Made by a program: the position numbers and the translations under genes. DNA of 64,000 bases from Candidatus Fervidifonticultor octavus (lineage in GTDB: Bacteria > Sysuimicrobiota > Sysuimicrobiia > Sysuimicrobiales > Humicultoraceae), in assembly GCA_031459655.1 (NCBI GenBank), contig JAVKID010000001.1:893-64892 (forward strand), read 5' to 3'. Positions 19,094 to 30,063 of this stretch are shown here, piece by piece. The notes under the pieces are model-generated. The model ran no database searches. It was not told the origin of the DNA and worked only from the letters and a program-made list of their open reading frames with translations. Numbering within the stretch: the first letter of the stretch is position 1; each line of letters starts with the position of its first letter.

Positions 19094-20341
19094 GTGGCGA
19101 ACCGCGCGGTGGTGATCGGCGGCGGGGCCATCGGGGTGGCGGCTGCGCACTCCCTCACGCTCGCGGGGTGGCAGGTCACGCTCATCGACCGCGGAGAGGT
19201 CGGCCGGGGGTGCTCCTACGCCAACGCCTGTCTGGTCACGGCGAGCCACGCGGTGCCGCTGCCGGCCCCGGAGGTGCCACGCGAGCTCGCGCGGTGGCTG
19301 CTGCGCCCGGACAGCCCGGTCTACGTCAAGCCCCGCCTGGATCCCGGCTTCCTCCGGTGGGGGTGGCGGTTCCTCCACGCGTGCCGCGCCCCGGCCGCCC
19401 AACGGGGGACGGCGGCCCTCGGTGCACTGGCGCGCGCCAGCCTGGGGCTCTTCGAGGAGATGGTGGCCGCCGGAGGCGTGGAGTTCGGCTACCGGCGCGA
19501 CGGCCTCCTGCACGTCTACCTCACCGAGGGGGGTGTCCGCAAGGCCGCCCGCGACCTGGAGGCGCTGCAGCGGGCCGGGATCCCGGCACGGCTCCTGACC
19601 CGGGCCGAGACGTTGGAGTTCGAGCCTACGCTCGCCGGGTGCATACGGGGAGGGATGTACGTCGAGGGCGACGCCCATGGGGACTGCTACGCGTACGTCC
19701 GGGCTCTGGCGGTCGGTGTCCAAGCGAGGGGGGGACGGGTCCTGACCGGTCGTCCGGCCTCCCTCATCCGCCGGCGCGGCGGGCGCGTCGAGGGCGTCGA
19801 GGTCCGAGGTCCCGAGGGTGTGATCCCGGCCGACCTCGTGGTGGTGGCCGCGGGAGCATGGACGCCGTCGCTACTGGCGCCCCTGGGTGTCCGCTTTCCC
19901 ATGGAGCCGGCAAAGGGATACAGCTGCACCCTCCCGGGGTTCGCCGGCTCGCCGGCCGTGCCGGTCTTCGTGGAGGAACGCCGCGTGGCGATCACGCCCC
20001 TGGACGGGCGCCTCCGCGTCGGCGGCACTCTGGAACTGGCGGGCTACCGGGAGGGGATCCACCCTGTCCGGTACCGCGCGGTGGTGGACGCGGCCCAGGA
20101 GGTGCTGGGCCAGACCCTGCCGCTGGACCGCGCCGAAGCCTGGGAGGGGTTCCGGCCGCTGCCCCCCGACGGCCTGCCGGTCATCAGCCGCGTCCCGGGC
20201 ATCGACGGCCTCCTCGTGGCCGCCGGGCACGGGACGCTGGGGTTTACCCTCTCGCCCATCACCGGGAGGCTGGTGGCGGATCTGGCGGAGGGACGGCCGC
20301 CGATGGTGCCGCTCGAGGCGTTCCGGCTGGATCGCTTCTGA
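19094..20341 (+). CDS. FAD-dependent oxidoreductase (D-amino-acid dehydrogenase / glycine oxidase-like)
   Basis: N-terminal GXGXXG (VVIGGGAIGVAAA) and a DAO-family fold through the C-terminal GHGTLGFTL. Confidence 0.75.
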   Translation: MANRAVVIGGGAIGVAAAHSLTLAGWQVTLIDRGEVGRGCSYANACLVTASHAVPLPAPEVPRELARWLLRPDSPVYVKPRLDPGFLRWGWRFLHACRAPAAQRGTAALGALARASLGLFEEMVAAGGVEFGYRRDGLLHVYLTEGGVRKAARDLEALQRAGIPARLLTRAETLEFEPTLAGCIRGGMYVEGDAHGDCYAYVRALAVGVQARGGRVLTGRPASLIRRRGGRVEGVEVRGPEGVIPADLVVVAAGAWTPSLLAPLGVRFPMEPAKGYSCTLPGFAGSPAVPVFVEERRVAITPLDGRLRVGGTLELAGYREGIHPVRYRAVVDAAQEVLGQTLPLDRAEAWEGFRPLPPDGLPVISRVPGIDGLLVAAGHGTLGFTLSPITGRLVADLAEGRPPMVPLEAFRLDRF

Positions 20342-20404
20342 GTCAGCCCGTCGGCTTCCCCGCGGATGAGCGGTCTGCGATCATTGATGTCCAGGAGGGA
20401 GACG

Positions 20405-20524
20405 ATGGCGGTACGCACGCCATCGGCAGTCTGGAACGGGACGCTCACGGTCTGCCGCCAGGAGCGCCTCCGGCTCGCCAGCGAGGCGCATCGTCGCAGC
20501 GAGCTCCTCCTTGGCGACGGGTGA
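20405..20524 (+). CDS. Candidate 39-codon upstream ORF with a strong AGGAGG Shine-Dalgarno
   Basis: AGGAGGGAGACG-ATG spacing is ideal, and the ORF MAVRTPSAVWNGTLTVCRQERLRLASEAHRRSELLLGDG ends 6 nt before the aspartate dehydrogenase start. No homology recognised. Confidence 0.15.
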   Translation: MAVRTPSAVWNGTLTVCRQERLRLASEAHRRSELLLGDG

Positions 20525-20530
20525 TGGCCC

Positions 20531-21352
20531 ATGCGAGCGGAGCGGATCGTGAAGGTCGGGTTGGCCGGGTTCGGCGCCATCGGCCAGCGGGTGGCGGTGG
20601 AGGTAGCGCGGATGGTCCCCGAACTGTGCCTTGCCGCCATCACCAGCGGGGATCTGGAAAGAGCCCGCGTCCGGGCGCAGGCGCTGCTGCAGGTCGCCCC
20701 GCCTGTGGTACCACTGTCTGAACTGGTCGTCCGCTCTGATCTGGTCGTGGAGGCGGCGCCGGCTGCAGCCTTCCAGGAGATCGCCACGGCGACGTTGCGG
20801 GCGGGCAAGCGGTTGCTCGCGGTGAGCGTGGGGGCGCTACTGGACCGCTACAGCGAGTACGCGCATCTGGCGCACCGGTGCGGCGGCCGGATCTACATCC
20901 CTTCAGGGGCGATCGGAGGGTTGGACGCCCTCGCCGCCGCCGCGGTCGGGCAGGTGGAGACGGTCACCATGGTGACGCGCAAACCGCCCCGGGCCCTGGC
21001 CGGCGCGCCCTACCTGGAGAAGCACGGCATCGACGTCATGGCGCTGCGCGAGCCCCAGGTGGTGTTCGAAGGCACCGCGCGCGAGGCGTGTCGGGGCTTC
21101 CCCGCCAATGTTAACGTGTCGGCGGCCGTCAGCCTGGCTGGGATCGGGCCGGACCGCACCCGGGTCCGCATCATCGCCGATCCGGGGATCGACCGCAACG
21201 TGCACGACGTGGAGGTCACGGGCGACTTCGGCCGGTTCGCGGTGCACATCGAGAACGCTCCGTCGGAGAACCCGCGGACCGGGGTACTGGCCGCCCAGTC
21301 GGTGATCGCCATGCTGCGCACACTCGTCTCGCCGGTCCGCGTGGGGACGTAG
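20531..21352 (+). CDS. Aspartate dehydrogenase domain protein (NadX-like, DUF108)
   Basis: N-terminal Rossmann VGLAGFGAIGQ and an AspDH-like C-terminal region. Confidence 0.65.
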   Translation: MRAERIVKVGLAGFGAIGQRVAVEVARMVPELCLAAITSGDLERARVRAQALLQVAPPVVPLSELVVRSDLVVEAAPAAAFQEIATATLRAGKRLLAVSVGALLDRYSEYAHLAHRCGGRIYIPSGAIGGLDALAAAAVGQVETVTMVTRKPPRALAGAPYLEKHGIDVMALREPQVVFEGTAREACRGFPANVNVSAAVSLAGIGPDRTRVRIIADPGIDRNVHDVEVTGDFGRFAVHIENAPSENPRTGVLAAQSVIAMLRTLVSPVRVGT

Positions 21353-21363
21353 GGCGTGCCGCA

Positions 21364-21717
21364 GTGTCGGACCCTGCTGCGCCCGATGCGCAGTTCCTCT
21401 ACCTGACGACCACGGGCCGCTGCACCGGCCGGCCCCGCCAGATCGAGATCTGGTTCGTGGCCTCGGGCGGAAGGTACTATGTCCTGGCCGAGCACTTCCA
21501 CCAAGCGCAGTGGGTGCAAAACATCCTGCGCGAACCCCGCGTGCGCATCCGCGTGGGAAGCCCCGACGCGCCGGAGGAGACCGCCACCGCCCGGGTTCTG
21601 GACGCCGGCCGTGACCCGGAAGCCTGGCACCTGGCGCAGCGGCTGGCCCGGGAGAAATACGGATGGGGTGAGGGCCTGCCGGTCGAGATCACGCCGGTTA
21701 GCGCCACTCGATCGTGA
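21364..21717 (+). CDS. Nitroreductase-family deazaflavin-dependent oxidoreductase (DUF385)
   Basis: LTTTGRCTGRPRQIEIWF and the NILREPRVRIRVG motif typical of DUF385/F420H2-dependent reductases. Confidence 0.6.
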   Translation: MSDPAAPDAQFLYLTTTGRCTGRPRQIEIWFVASGGRYYVLAEHFHQAQWVQNILREPRVRIRVGSPDAPEETATARVLDAGRDPEAWHLAQRLAREKYGWGEGLPVEITPVSATRS

Positions 21718-23677
21718 CCACCTCGACAGGGTCGGCCAGCCCTCTCAAGTGAACGCTACGCGGACTCGACGTGACAACCCTGGTCAATTCCGACGCGACC
21801 GTCTCGCGGCTGGCCAGGATCTGCTCGCCGTCCGCCAGCGCCGCGATGCGCGCCGCCACGTGCACGCCGCCACGTGCACGCCCTTGCCGCGATAGCCCGC
21901 GCCCCGGCGCGTGGCGGTGGCGGTGTGCAGGCCGATCCGCACCTGAGGCGCGAACCCATGGGTGCGGCGGTGGTCTGCGGGTGTGCGCTGGATTGCGACC
22001 CCACACTCAATAGCTGAGCCCGCGTCTGGGAAGGCGACGAAGAAGCCGTCGCCGGCGTGGTCGATCTCCTCGCCGCCGTGCCGCGCGAAGAGTGACCGCA
22101 GCATCTGATCGTGCCACCGCGTCAGGTCGGCCCAGGCGTCGTCGCCGATCGCTTCGACCAAGCTTGACGAGCGCACGATGTCCGTGAACATGAAGGTCCG
22201 CGTCGTCCGTTGACCCGTCGCGGCAGCCGTCCGCCGAACGGCGGTCTCTGTGCCGAGTCGTTCGACGGCCCGTTGCGCATCGAGCCTGGCGCCCAGGCGC
22301 TCGAACGCGACTCGGGCTGCCTGGAGTTCCAGCGTCGCCGCTTCTTCAGCGCTCTCGGCTTGGTACGCATCTGCGAGCAGGACGCAGGTCCGCGCGACCT
22401 CATAGGGACAGTCGAGCTCCTGCGACAGATGCCTGGCGCGGCGCAGGCTGCGCTCGGCGCCGATCGCATCGCCCTGCGCCAGCTGGAGCGCGCCCCTGGC
22501 ATCTGCCGCACTCGCTTCAAGGGCCGGGGTGCCGTGGGCTCGGGCGATGTCCTCCAATTCTTCGACAGCTGCTCGCGCATCGTCGGTCTCCCCGGCCGCG
22601 AGCGCGATCTCGACCAGGGTCGGCAGCAGATGCGCCCTGCGCAGCCGATCCGGGGGATCATGCACTAGGGCGCGCCTGACTGACGTCAGGGCGGCTTTCA
22701 CCTTCCCCTCGGCCAGTCGGAGAAGAGATAGACCTGGCTCCGGGTCCATGCCTAGCTCGTGCGCCTGGCGGAACGCCTCTTCGGCGGCGGCCAGGTCGCC
22801 CTTGTACAGGCGGACCTCACCCAGTTCGTAGAATGCGGCTGCGCAGTATCCCAGGTTGCACTCACGCAGCTCCTCGCAGGCCCGCCGCGCCTCCTGCTCG
22901 GCCTCCGGCCAGGCGCCAGCCTGACGCATGATGCCGGCACAGTAAACGCGGCACATTCCCGGGAAGCCAGCGATCGCCTGGCGCTCGCACCAGCGCTTGG
23001 CGGCTTCGGTCCATTCCCGCGCCCGGGGATGGTCGGCCAGCTCCTTGCAGGCGGTGATGGTGTTGCAGTAGATGATGCCCGTCGCCATCGGGCCCAGCTC
23101 GCCCGAGACGGTTGCCACCGTGGCCTCGTCCATGAGGGCCATTCCTTCGTTCACCTGGCCCCTGGCGACGTGGATGCGTCCCTGATCGTGGAGCGCCAGC
23201 GCCATCAGGTCGCGGTCACGGAAGCGCGCGCCGATGTCGTAGGCTCGCTGGGCCAGCATCAGCGCCTTCTCGTGGCTTTTTGTCCTCGATGGCGACGACG
23301 GCATTGATCCTCATCAGGTAGCCATGTTCGAGGGACTCGGGCTCCTGCTGCAGCAGCCGGTTGGCGCGCTTCAGCCAGGCCATGGCGACCGAGGCGTCGC
23401 CCTTCTGGAAGTAGTTCCGGGCCTGCTCGCCCGCCATGAGCGCGGCCCGGCGCGGATTCCCGGACTCTATGTATCCGGCATACGCGCGGTCCCGCGCAGC
23501 GATGCAATCCGCGAGCCGGCCGGTCCACCAGGCGGCGTCCGCCAGCCGTTCGAGATCCTCTGGCGCCAGGGCTCCGGAGGCATCGGCCGCCTTCAGGAGG
23601 TCGAATGCCTCCCGCCAGGCGTGCCGCCGGCAGGCGTCACACCCAGCCTGAAGGACGTCCTCGACCCTCTGGGTCAT
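21698..23677 (-). pseudogene. TPR-repeat protein with a C-terminal class III adenylate/guanylate cyclase domain, disrupted by two frame-breaking lesions
   Basis: Three frames: 23677-23216 (TPR N-terminus), 23304-21784 (TPR plus the cyclase start: FMFTDIVRSS...HAGDGFFVAF...VRIGLHTA) and 22006-21698 (the cyclase end: GVHVAARIAALADGEQILASRE...). Deleting one copy of the 14-bp tandem repeat at 21853-21880 rejoins the cyclase domain exactly. Confidence 0.6.
21853..21880. repeat. Perfect 14-bp tandem duplication (CCGCCACGTGCACG x2) inside the cyclase catalytic-domain coding region
   Basis: Read directly from the sequence. 14 is not a multiple of 3, so it shifts the frame. Removing one copy restores ...GKGVHVAARIAALADGEQ... 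Confidence 0.9.
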
Positions 23678-24180
23678 CGGTGGCCCTGCGGCAACCCTCG
23701 GCGCTCGGCGTACTGCCGCCTGCGCTTGGCGATCGTCCGCAGGTGGTAGTGGATGTGATCAGCGAAGTGGTTTACGATCCACTCCAGCGTCTGTGGGCCG
23801 TCCTCCGTGTGCATCCCGGTCTGCTCCCATGCGGAGGCCGGCGCACGGCGGAGGAGTTCGGTGGTCGTCGCGCGGATGGCCCGCAGGAGCGCCAGCGCCT
23901 CATCGAGCGGGTGCGCGGCATAGTCGAGGGTGCGCGCCCAGAGGTTCTGGTCGAAGGCCACCAGCGTGGATCCCGGCTGGGCCAGGACGTAGCGGATCCT
24001 GGTTGCGGCCACCAGGTCGGTGTCGGCCACGTGGACGACGTTCTCGTGGATGCTCCAGTGCTCGGGCCCGGGCTTGAAGTGGAGTTCGTCCTCCGGGATG
24101 CCGGCGACGGCCGCTTGGAGCAGCCCGGGCCCCTCGGCGTAAGCCTGGACGAGGTCCGCGATCCTCTGGGCTGTTGGCAT
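23674..24180 (-). CDS. DinB-family (DinB_2) metal-dependent protein
   Basis: DinB-like four-helix protein with His motifs (HENVVHVADTD, HFADHIHYHL). Its stop overlaps the start of the TPR-cyclase gene (ATGA). Confidence 0.7.
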   Translation of the reverse strand: MPTAQRIADLVQAYAEGPGLLQAAVAGIPEDELHFKPGPEHWSIHENVVHVADTDLVAATRIRYVLAQPGSTLVAFDQNLWARTLDYAAHPLDEALALLRAIRATTTELLRRAPASAWEQTGMHTEDGPQTLEWIVNHFADHIHYHLRTIAKRRRQYAERRGLPQGHR

Positions 24181-24283
24181 CGGGCCCCCCGCCTCCTACC
24201 TGAACGCCGGATGCCCCTATGGTAGCAGCGCCCGCGCCGGACGCGGCAGGGACTGTCCACCCGCGGAGGCAATTCCTCAATCC

Positions 24284-24725
24284 ATGAGCCCCTGGGTGAC
24301 CTATCCGCCGCGTCAGGTGCGCGCCCTCGCCGAGCAGATCGAGCAGGACGGCGGCCACGCGCTGGCCGTCTACCAGGAACGGCTGGGCGACCGCTGGCAG
24401 CTGTTCTGCCTGCTGCCCCTCGGCCGGACGGAGCCCACGCCGTTCCGGCGCCGCCTCTCCCCCGGGCACGCCAGGCGTCTCCAAGGGCGAGCTCATCCCG
24501 GCCAGTGCGATCCCCGATCCCGGGATCGCCTACAACATCACGCTCGGCCTGCTCTACGCCGCCGACGAGGTGCTCTCCGACATCGTGGCGAGGCTGCGCC
24601 GGAGGCTGACCGAGAACCTTGAGCGGTTCGACGTCACCCGCATTCGCGTGAGGACGTGGCCCACTCGGCGTCGATGGCCGCGTCGTCCGGCGGCACCTGA
24701 TCGGACGCAGGGGACGGGCGCGTGA
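24284..24725 (+). pseudogene. Hypothetical protein, apparently frameshifted at a C5 run (about 24459-24463); the second frame ends GTGA-coupled to the DUF1684 gene
   Basis: Frame 1 reads MSPWVTYPPRQVRALAEQIEQDGGHALAVYQERLGDRWQLFCLLPL..., then frame +1 reads ...GELIPASAIPDPGIAYNITLGLLYAADEVLSDIVARLRRRLTENLERFDVTRIRV, ending at 24725 and overlapping GTG 24722. Confidence 0.35.
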
Positions 24726-25336
24726 ACGACCGACTGGCCCTACTGGACTACCGGCGCATGGTCGCCGAGATGTACGCTCGGGTGCGGAGCGGCCGCCTCG
24801 GGGAGCCCGCGTGCTGCCTCCAGTTCAGACGGGAGCGGGACGCGCTGTTTGGGAATCACCCGCAATCGGCGCTGTCACCCCAGCAGCAGACACGCTTTAC
24901 AGGGTTGTCCTACTACCCGTATGACCCGGGTTTCCGCTTCGTGGTCCCGGTGGAGCGGGTGGCGGACACACCGCCGGCGGAAGTCCACCTGAGTGAGGAC
25001 GGGCCGGTCCGGCTGCAGCGGAGCGGTCGGGTGCGTTTCCCCGTGGCCGGCCAGGAAATTACCCTCACGCTGTTCTGGATCCTCGGCTACGGGGGCGGGC
25101 TGTTCCTGCCGTTCCGCGATGCCACCAACAAAGACGAGACCTACGAGGGCGGCCGCTACCTGCTGGACACGATCAAGGGCGCCGACCTGGGGCAGGACGG
25201 CGGCAGGCTGATCCTGGACTTCAACTACGCCTACAATCCCTCGTGCGCCTATGATCCCCGCTGGGACTGCCCGCTGGCACCGCCGGAGAACTGGCTGTCG
25301 GTCCCCATCCGCGCGGGAGAGAGGCGGTTCGCCTGA
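24722..25336 (+). CDS. DUF1684 domain-containing protein
   Basis: Characteristic ...GGRLILDFNYAYNPSCAYDPRWDCPLAPPEN segment of DUF1684. Confidence 0.7.
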   Translation: MNDRLALLDYRRMVAEMYARVRSGRLGEPACCLQFRRERDALFGNHPQSALSPQQQTRFTGLSYYPYDPGFRFVVPVERVADTPPAEVHLSEDGPVRLQRSGRVRFPVAGQEITLTLFWILGYGGGLFLPFRDATNKDETYEGGRYLLDTIKGADLGQDGGRLILDFNYAYNPSCAYDPRWDCPLAPPENWLSVPIRAGERRFA

Positions 25337-25433
25337 TCGGCGGTGGGGGCGAGCGGACCGCGTCCGGGCGCCTGAATGGGCTCTCGCCTGTTGCGACCCA
25401 GCGCCTCGGGAGCATGGAAGACCCGGGACGGCT

Positions 25434-27992
25434 TCACGTCAGAATGCTCCGCAGCCACTCCGCGAGCGCTCCCCACCCGAACCCGATGAGCCCCGCGATG
25501 AGCGCGACGATCAGCAGGACGCCCCACCGCCGGTTGAGCAGGAGCACCCAGAGCACAAAGGGCAGGGCGAGCAGCCCTTCCCACAGGAGCAGGGTTCCGG
25601 TGGGGGTCATGATGCCGATTGACCCCGCCACAACCGTCAGGACGGCCCAACCGAAGAAGAACACCAGCGCCAGGGTGACCAGTTTGCGGACCGCGCTGTC
25701 GCGGCCCCAGATCGCGATGGCCGGCCACTGGATGAAACCGAGCGCGATTCCCAACCCCCGCCCCGTGTAGCCGAACAGCGGGCGGAGGGGCTTCGGGGCG
25801 CCCACGTCCCCCAATCGCCGGAGCATGTTCCGGAAGACCCACCCCGCCCGCAGGGCCAGCGGCACCTTGGCCTCGGCCGGCAGGTCGGCCACCGTCTCCG
25901 CGCCGATCTTGTACTCGCGCTCGAGAAAGGTCCGGTAGTCGGGATGGGTGGCAGGCTGCCAGAACCCGGAGAGTTCCTCCCGGCAGACAGCTTCCTGGGC
26001 CGCCCGGATGTGACGCTCCACGACCTGGGGTGCCTGGCCTTCCAGCAGGACCCGCATGATGACCTCGGAGGCGTCCAGCCGTCCCCAGAGGATGTCGTTG
26101 GCGCGCCAGCGCCCGCTGAGGAACCCGCCGAAGTGCCCCAGCACGTCGCCGGAGAGTTTGTCCTCGGGTGGCTTGCGAACGTACAGGGCGGCCTGGGGGC
26201 TGATGCGGATGAAGCGCACTTCCTGACGCTCGCCGAGGTCGGCCAGGAGGTCCAGCGGGAGAATGAACATGTCCCTGATCTCGTAGCGGTCGAAGATCGC
26301 CGGAAAGGGATGCGGGGGGAACCTGGACGACGCCACGCCCTGGACTCGCAGCCGGGCGATGGCGTCCTCGATCTCCTCGCAGGCGGCCAGCGTGTCCCTC
26401 CGCAGGCGCTCCAGGCCGTCTTCCAGCGCGGCACCGACGAGCACCAGCGTTCGCTGAACCGCCACGCTGAGCGCATCCCCACCCTGGCCTCGCAGTCCGC
26501 GCATCGCCTGAGCGGTGTTCTCCTCTTGCTCGAACACGCGCCGGCTGAGGGAGCGGATCCCCTCCAGCCGCGCCCACAGGGCGGCGCGGGCCGCCTTGAA
26601 CAGGTCGCGCTGCTCCGGGATGAGGGTGGCGGAAAACTCGTCGAGCGTGGCAATCAAATAGTACGCCCGCCGCAGCCGGAAGCCGTCGTCGAAGGTGTGG
26701 AGGAACTGCGCATCGCCGGCCTCGCGCGCGCAGGCCCGCACGCCGTCCTCCACAAACTGCCGTTGGTCGGCCGCCAGGGGCGCGGTGCGGACGATCCGCT
26801 CGGTCACCGCGGAGACGACCGCGTCCTTCTTGAGGGCCTGGTAGGCGTAGTAGAGGACCTGCTGTTCCAGGAAGGCCCGGAACTGCTCGGTGGTGCCTTC
26901 ATTGACGACCCGCTGGAACCTCTCGGTGATGACCCGCTCGATCTTGAACATCTGCCCGGCGAAGGCCCGCACCCGGGCGTTGTGGGCCTCGAGACGTTCC
27001 AGGTCTCCGGCGATGCTCTGGTACATGGGGATGCCCGAGGCGGCCTTGAACAGGACCTCCAGGACCTCGGGTTCCGGACCGGGCTCGTCCTGCGATGCGT
27101 AGCGTTCGGGGTCGGGCTCGACGCTGAACAGCCAGCGCCGCACCGGCCGGTCGCTCTGGCGCGCGAAGATCGTCTGGAGGGTCTCCGTAAACGGCTTGTT
27201 GTGGAGGATGCCGCCGTCGGAGAAATAGGCCGCCTCGGGTTCGCCGGGACGGAAGAGCGCGGCGTTGTCGGCACGTTTGCGGATCAGGTCGGGCTCGAAG
27301 GCCGCGGGAAAGGCGCTGGTGGCCCTGGCGACCTCGACCAGCGCCGCGTTGCTCGCCGGGCCGAAGTCGCTGTGGTCGTACCCCAGGCTGGGGTCGGCCG
27401 GGTTGTAGCCCTTCGTGCGGAAGCGCAACTGGAACAGCTTGCGGTAGTCCCGGGTCTGCACGGTCTGTCCCAGGCTGTCGGTGAACTCCCTGACCATGCC
27501 CCGCAGCCGCGTGCCCGAGACGAACAGGTCGAGCACCTCGATCAGGCGTCGGCCGCTCGCGGTGCGGTCCATGGTGCGGAACGCCTCGGCGAGCTGCTCC
27601 TCGAAGAAGTCCGACCGCAGCAGCGACCGCGGCACCGGTTCGGTGGGCGGCCGGAGGAGTTTGTCGAAGTCGGCCCGGTCGATCCAGAACTGGCTGATCG
27701 CGGTGAGGTCGGCGCCGGTGGCCAGGGCTTTCGCGAGCAGGACGCCGTTGATGCCGCCGGCGGACGTGCCGGAGATGACGTCAACCGTGGCGGTCACGTT
27801 GGCCAGCTTCAGGGCGCCGGTGTAGGCGTTGAACTCCTCGCCCCGGCTGGCCCGGAGCAGGTGCCAGAACTCCCGGACGATGCCGAACATGTAGACCGCC
27901 AGCGAGACCCCGCCGTACAACACCAGTCCGATACGGAGTTCGCGGAGGGGATCGGGGACGGGCAGCGCGGATGTCGCCGGAGGAGCAGGCAT
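25434..27992 (-). CDS. Large patatin-like phospholipase family protein (852 aa) with a C-terminal multi-TM anchor (DUF3376-type architecture)
   Basis: Oxyanion YGGVSLAVY, nucleophile GTSAGGING (GxSxG) and catalytic Asp in FSDGGIL. Long helical middle region, then 3-4 TM helices at the C-terminus. Confidence 0.8.
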   Translation of the reverse strand: MPAPPATSALPVPDPLRELRIGLVLYGGVSLAVYMFGIVREFWHLLRASRGEEFNAYTGALKLANVTATVDVISGTSAGGINGVLLAKALATGADLTAISQFWIDRADFDKLLRPPTEPVPRSLLRSDFFEEQLAEAFRTMDRTASGRRLIEVLDLFVSGTRLRGMVREFTDSLGQTVQTRDYRKLFQLRFRTKGYNPADPSLGYDHSDFGPASNAALVEVARATSAFPAAFEPDLIRKRADNAALFRPGEPEAAYFSDGGILHNKPFTETLQTIFARQSDRPVRRWLFSVEPDPERYASQDEPGPEPEVLEVLFKAASGIPMYQSIAGDLERLEAHNARVRAFAGQMFKIERVITERFQRVVNEGTTEQFRAFLEQQVLYYAYQALKKDAVVSAVTERIVRTAPLAADQRQFVEDGVRACAREAGDAQFLHTFDDGFRLRRAYYLIATLDEFSATLIPEQRDLFKAARAALWARLEGIRSLSRRVFEQEENTAQAMRGLRGQGGDALSVAVQRTLVLVGAALEDGLERLRRDTLAACEEIEDAIARLRVQGVASSRFPPHPFPAIFDRYEIRDMFILPLDLLADLGERQEVRFIRISPQAALYVRKPPEDKLSGDVLGHFGGFLSGRWRANDILWGRLDASEVIMRVLLEGQAPQVVERHIRAAQEAVCREELSGFWQPATHPDYRTFLEREYKIGAETVADLPAEAKVPLALRAGWVFRNMLRRLGDVGAPKPLRPLFGYTGRGLGIALGFIQWPAIAIWGRDSAVRKLVTLALVFFFGWAVLTVVAGSIGIMTPTGTLLLWEGLLALPFVLWVLLLNRRWGVLLIVALIAGLIGFGWGALAEWLRSILT

Positions 27993-28067
27993 CGACGAAC
28001 CTCCTGGATTGGTGCAGGGAGGTTCGCGCCTGGCTCGGGAAACCCCTGGCTGGCAGGACTCCTCGGG

Positions 28068-28586
28068 TTACGGCGCGAGGGGGGCCACCGCGAACACGAC
28101 GTGGAACGGCTTGCAGTAGATGACCACCGCGCGGTAGTCGGCGAGGTTGGTTTCCGCCGGCAGCGTGTAGTTCTGGCTGCCGACGTTACCCTTGAGCCTG
28201 GCGACCTCGATGTACCCCGTCATCACGTCGGCGCGCGTCCTGGGCGCGGCGTGCCTCGTGAGGATCACGTACAGGTCGGGACCATTCGTCACCCTGAACG
28301 GGTCTAGGCGGAGCACGACCTCCCCGCCGACCCGGTAGACCGTCGCGGTCCCTTCGCCCTTGTGGAAGTCGTCGGCGCCGGCGAAGGTGCCGCGGGCGAG
28401 GACCGTGCCCTGGGCGGTGCCTGGGGGCATCGGATCCGCGGATGCGGCCGGCACACCGCCCGGGAACGACTCGTCCACCACGCGGTTGATGAACAGCGGC
28501 GAGCCCAGATACCAGGCGATCGGCACGCCGACGATGACGAGGACGGCGACCATCCCCCAGGCCCACTTCGGGATCCGTCGTCGCAT
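28068..28586 (-). CDS. DM13 domain-containing protein (N-terminal TM anchor)
   Basis: Start at MRRRIPKWAWGMVAVLVIVGV (ATG 28586), then a DM13-like beta-rich domain (ARGTFAGADDFHKGEGTATVYRVGGEVVLRL...). Confidence 0.6.
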   Translation of the reverse strand: MRRRIPKWAWGMVAVLVIVGVPIAWYLGSPLFINRVVDESFPGGVPAASADPMPPGTAQGTVLARGTFAGADDFHKGEGTATVYRVGGEVVLRLDPFRVTNGPDLYVILTRHAAPRTRADVMTGYIEVARLKGNVGSQNYTLPAETNLADYRAVVIYCKPFHVVFAVAPLAP

Positions 28587-28737
28587 GGGCTGACTTCCTC
28601 CTCCCTGTGGCAGGCTCGTGGTCCGCCACAAGCGATTGCCACCCACCTGGACGTGCTGCCCGTGCTCTTTCACGATCGGTACCTGAGAGCGCCTAAACTA
28701 CGATGAAGGTTCGGTCAAGATTACGTAACATCTTCGC

Positions 28738-29730
<993 letters not shown>

Positions 29731-30063
29731 TGTCGCATTCCTCATCTTGAGCTACGTGCCAGGCGTCCCCGATCTGTTTACGCCTCCGACGCTTGCTCCT
29801 CTCCTTCTGGCATTCGGTGTGTGGACCGGCTACAAGATCGTCCAGTTCCATGGCGGATTTGTCGACGCCCTCATCGCCGGTGGGGCGGTGGGCGTGGTGT
29901 GCGGCGTTCTCATCATCATCGGGAACGGGTTCATTCGGGGGGCCGGGTTCGCAGCCGTCTGGCCTCTCGCCGTCTGGGCCTTTGGCATGAACCTGTTCGG
30001 AGGCGTCGGTGGAGGAGGGTACGCGTTGAGCAAGTAGCAGGTCAAATCGACGCCACTGCCGAC

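Noticed and set aside
18233-19723. 496-aa minus-strand ORF and other long antisense ORFs (19087-20721, 35136-36374, 42612-43694, 44315-45559, 48095-49270, 60142-62673)
   Set aside because: All overlap strongly supported genes on the other strand and show low-complexity R/G/P/A composition.
21698-27992. Class-III cyclase plus patatin lipase as a Pycsar/CBASS-like cyclase-effector defence pair
   Set aside because: The cyclase is a 660-aa TPR regulator type, not a compact PycC or CD-NTase. It is disrupted, and it is separated from the patatin gene by two oppositely oriented genes, with no operon structure.
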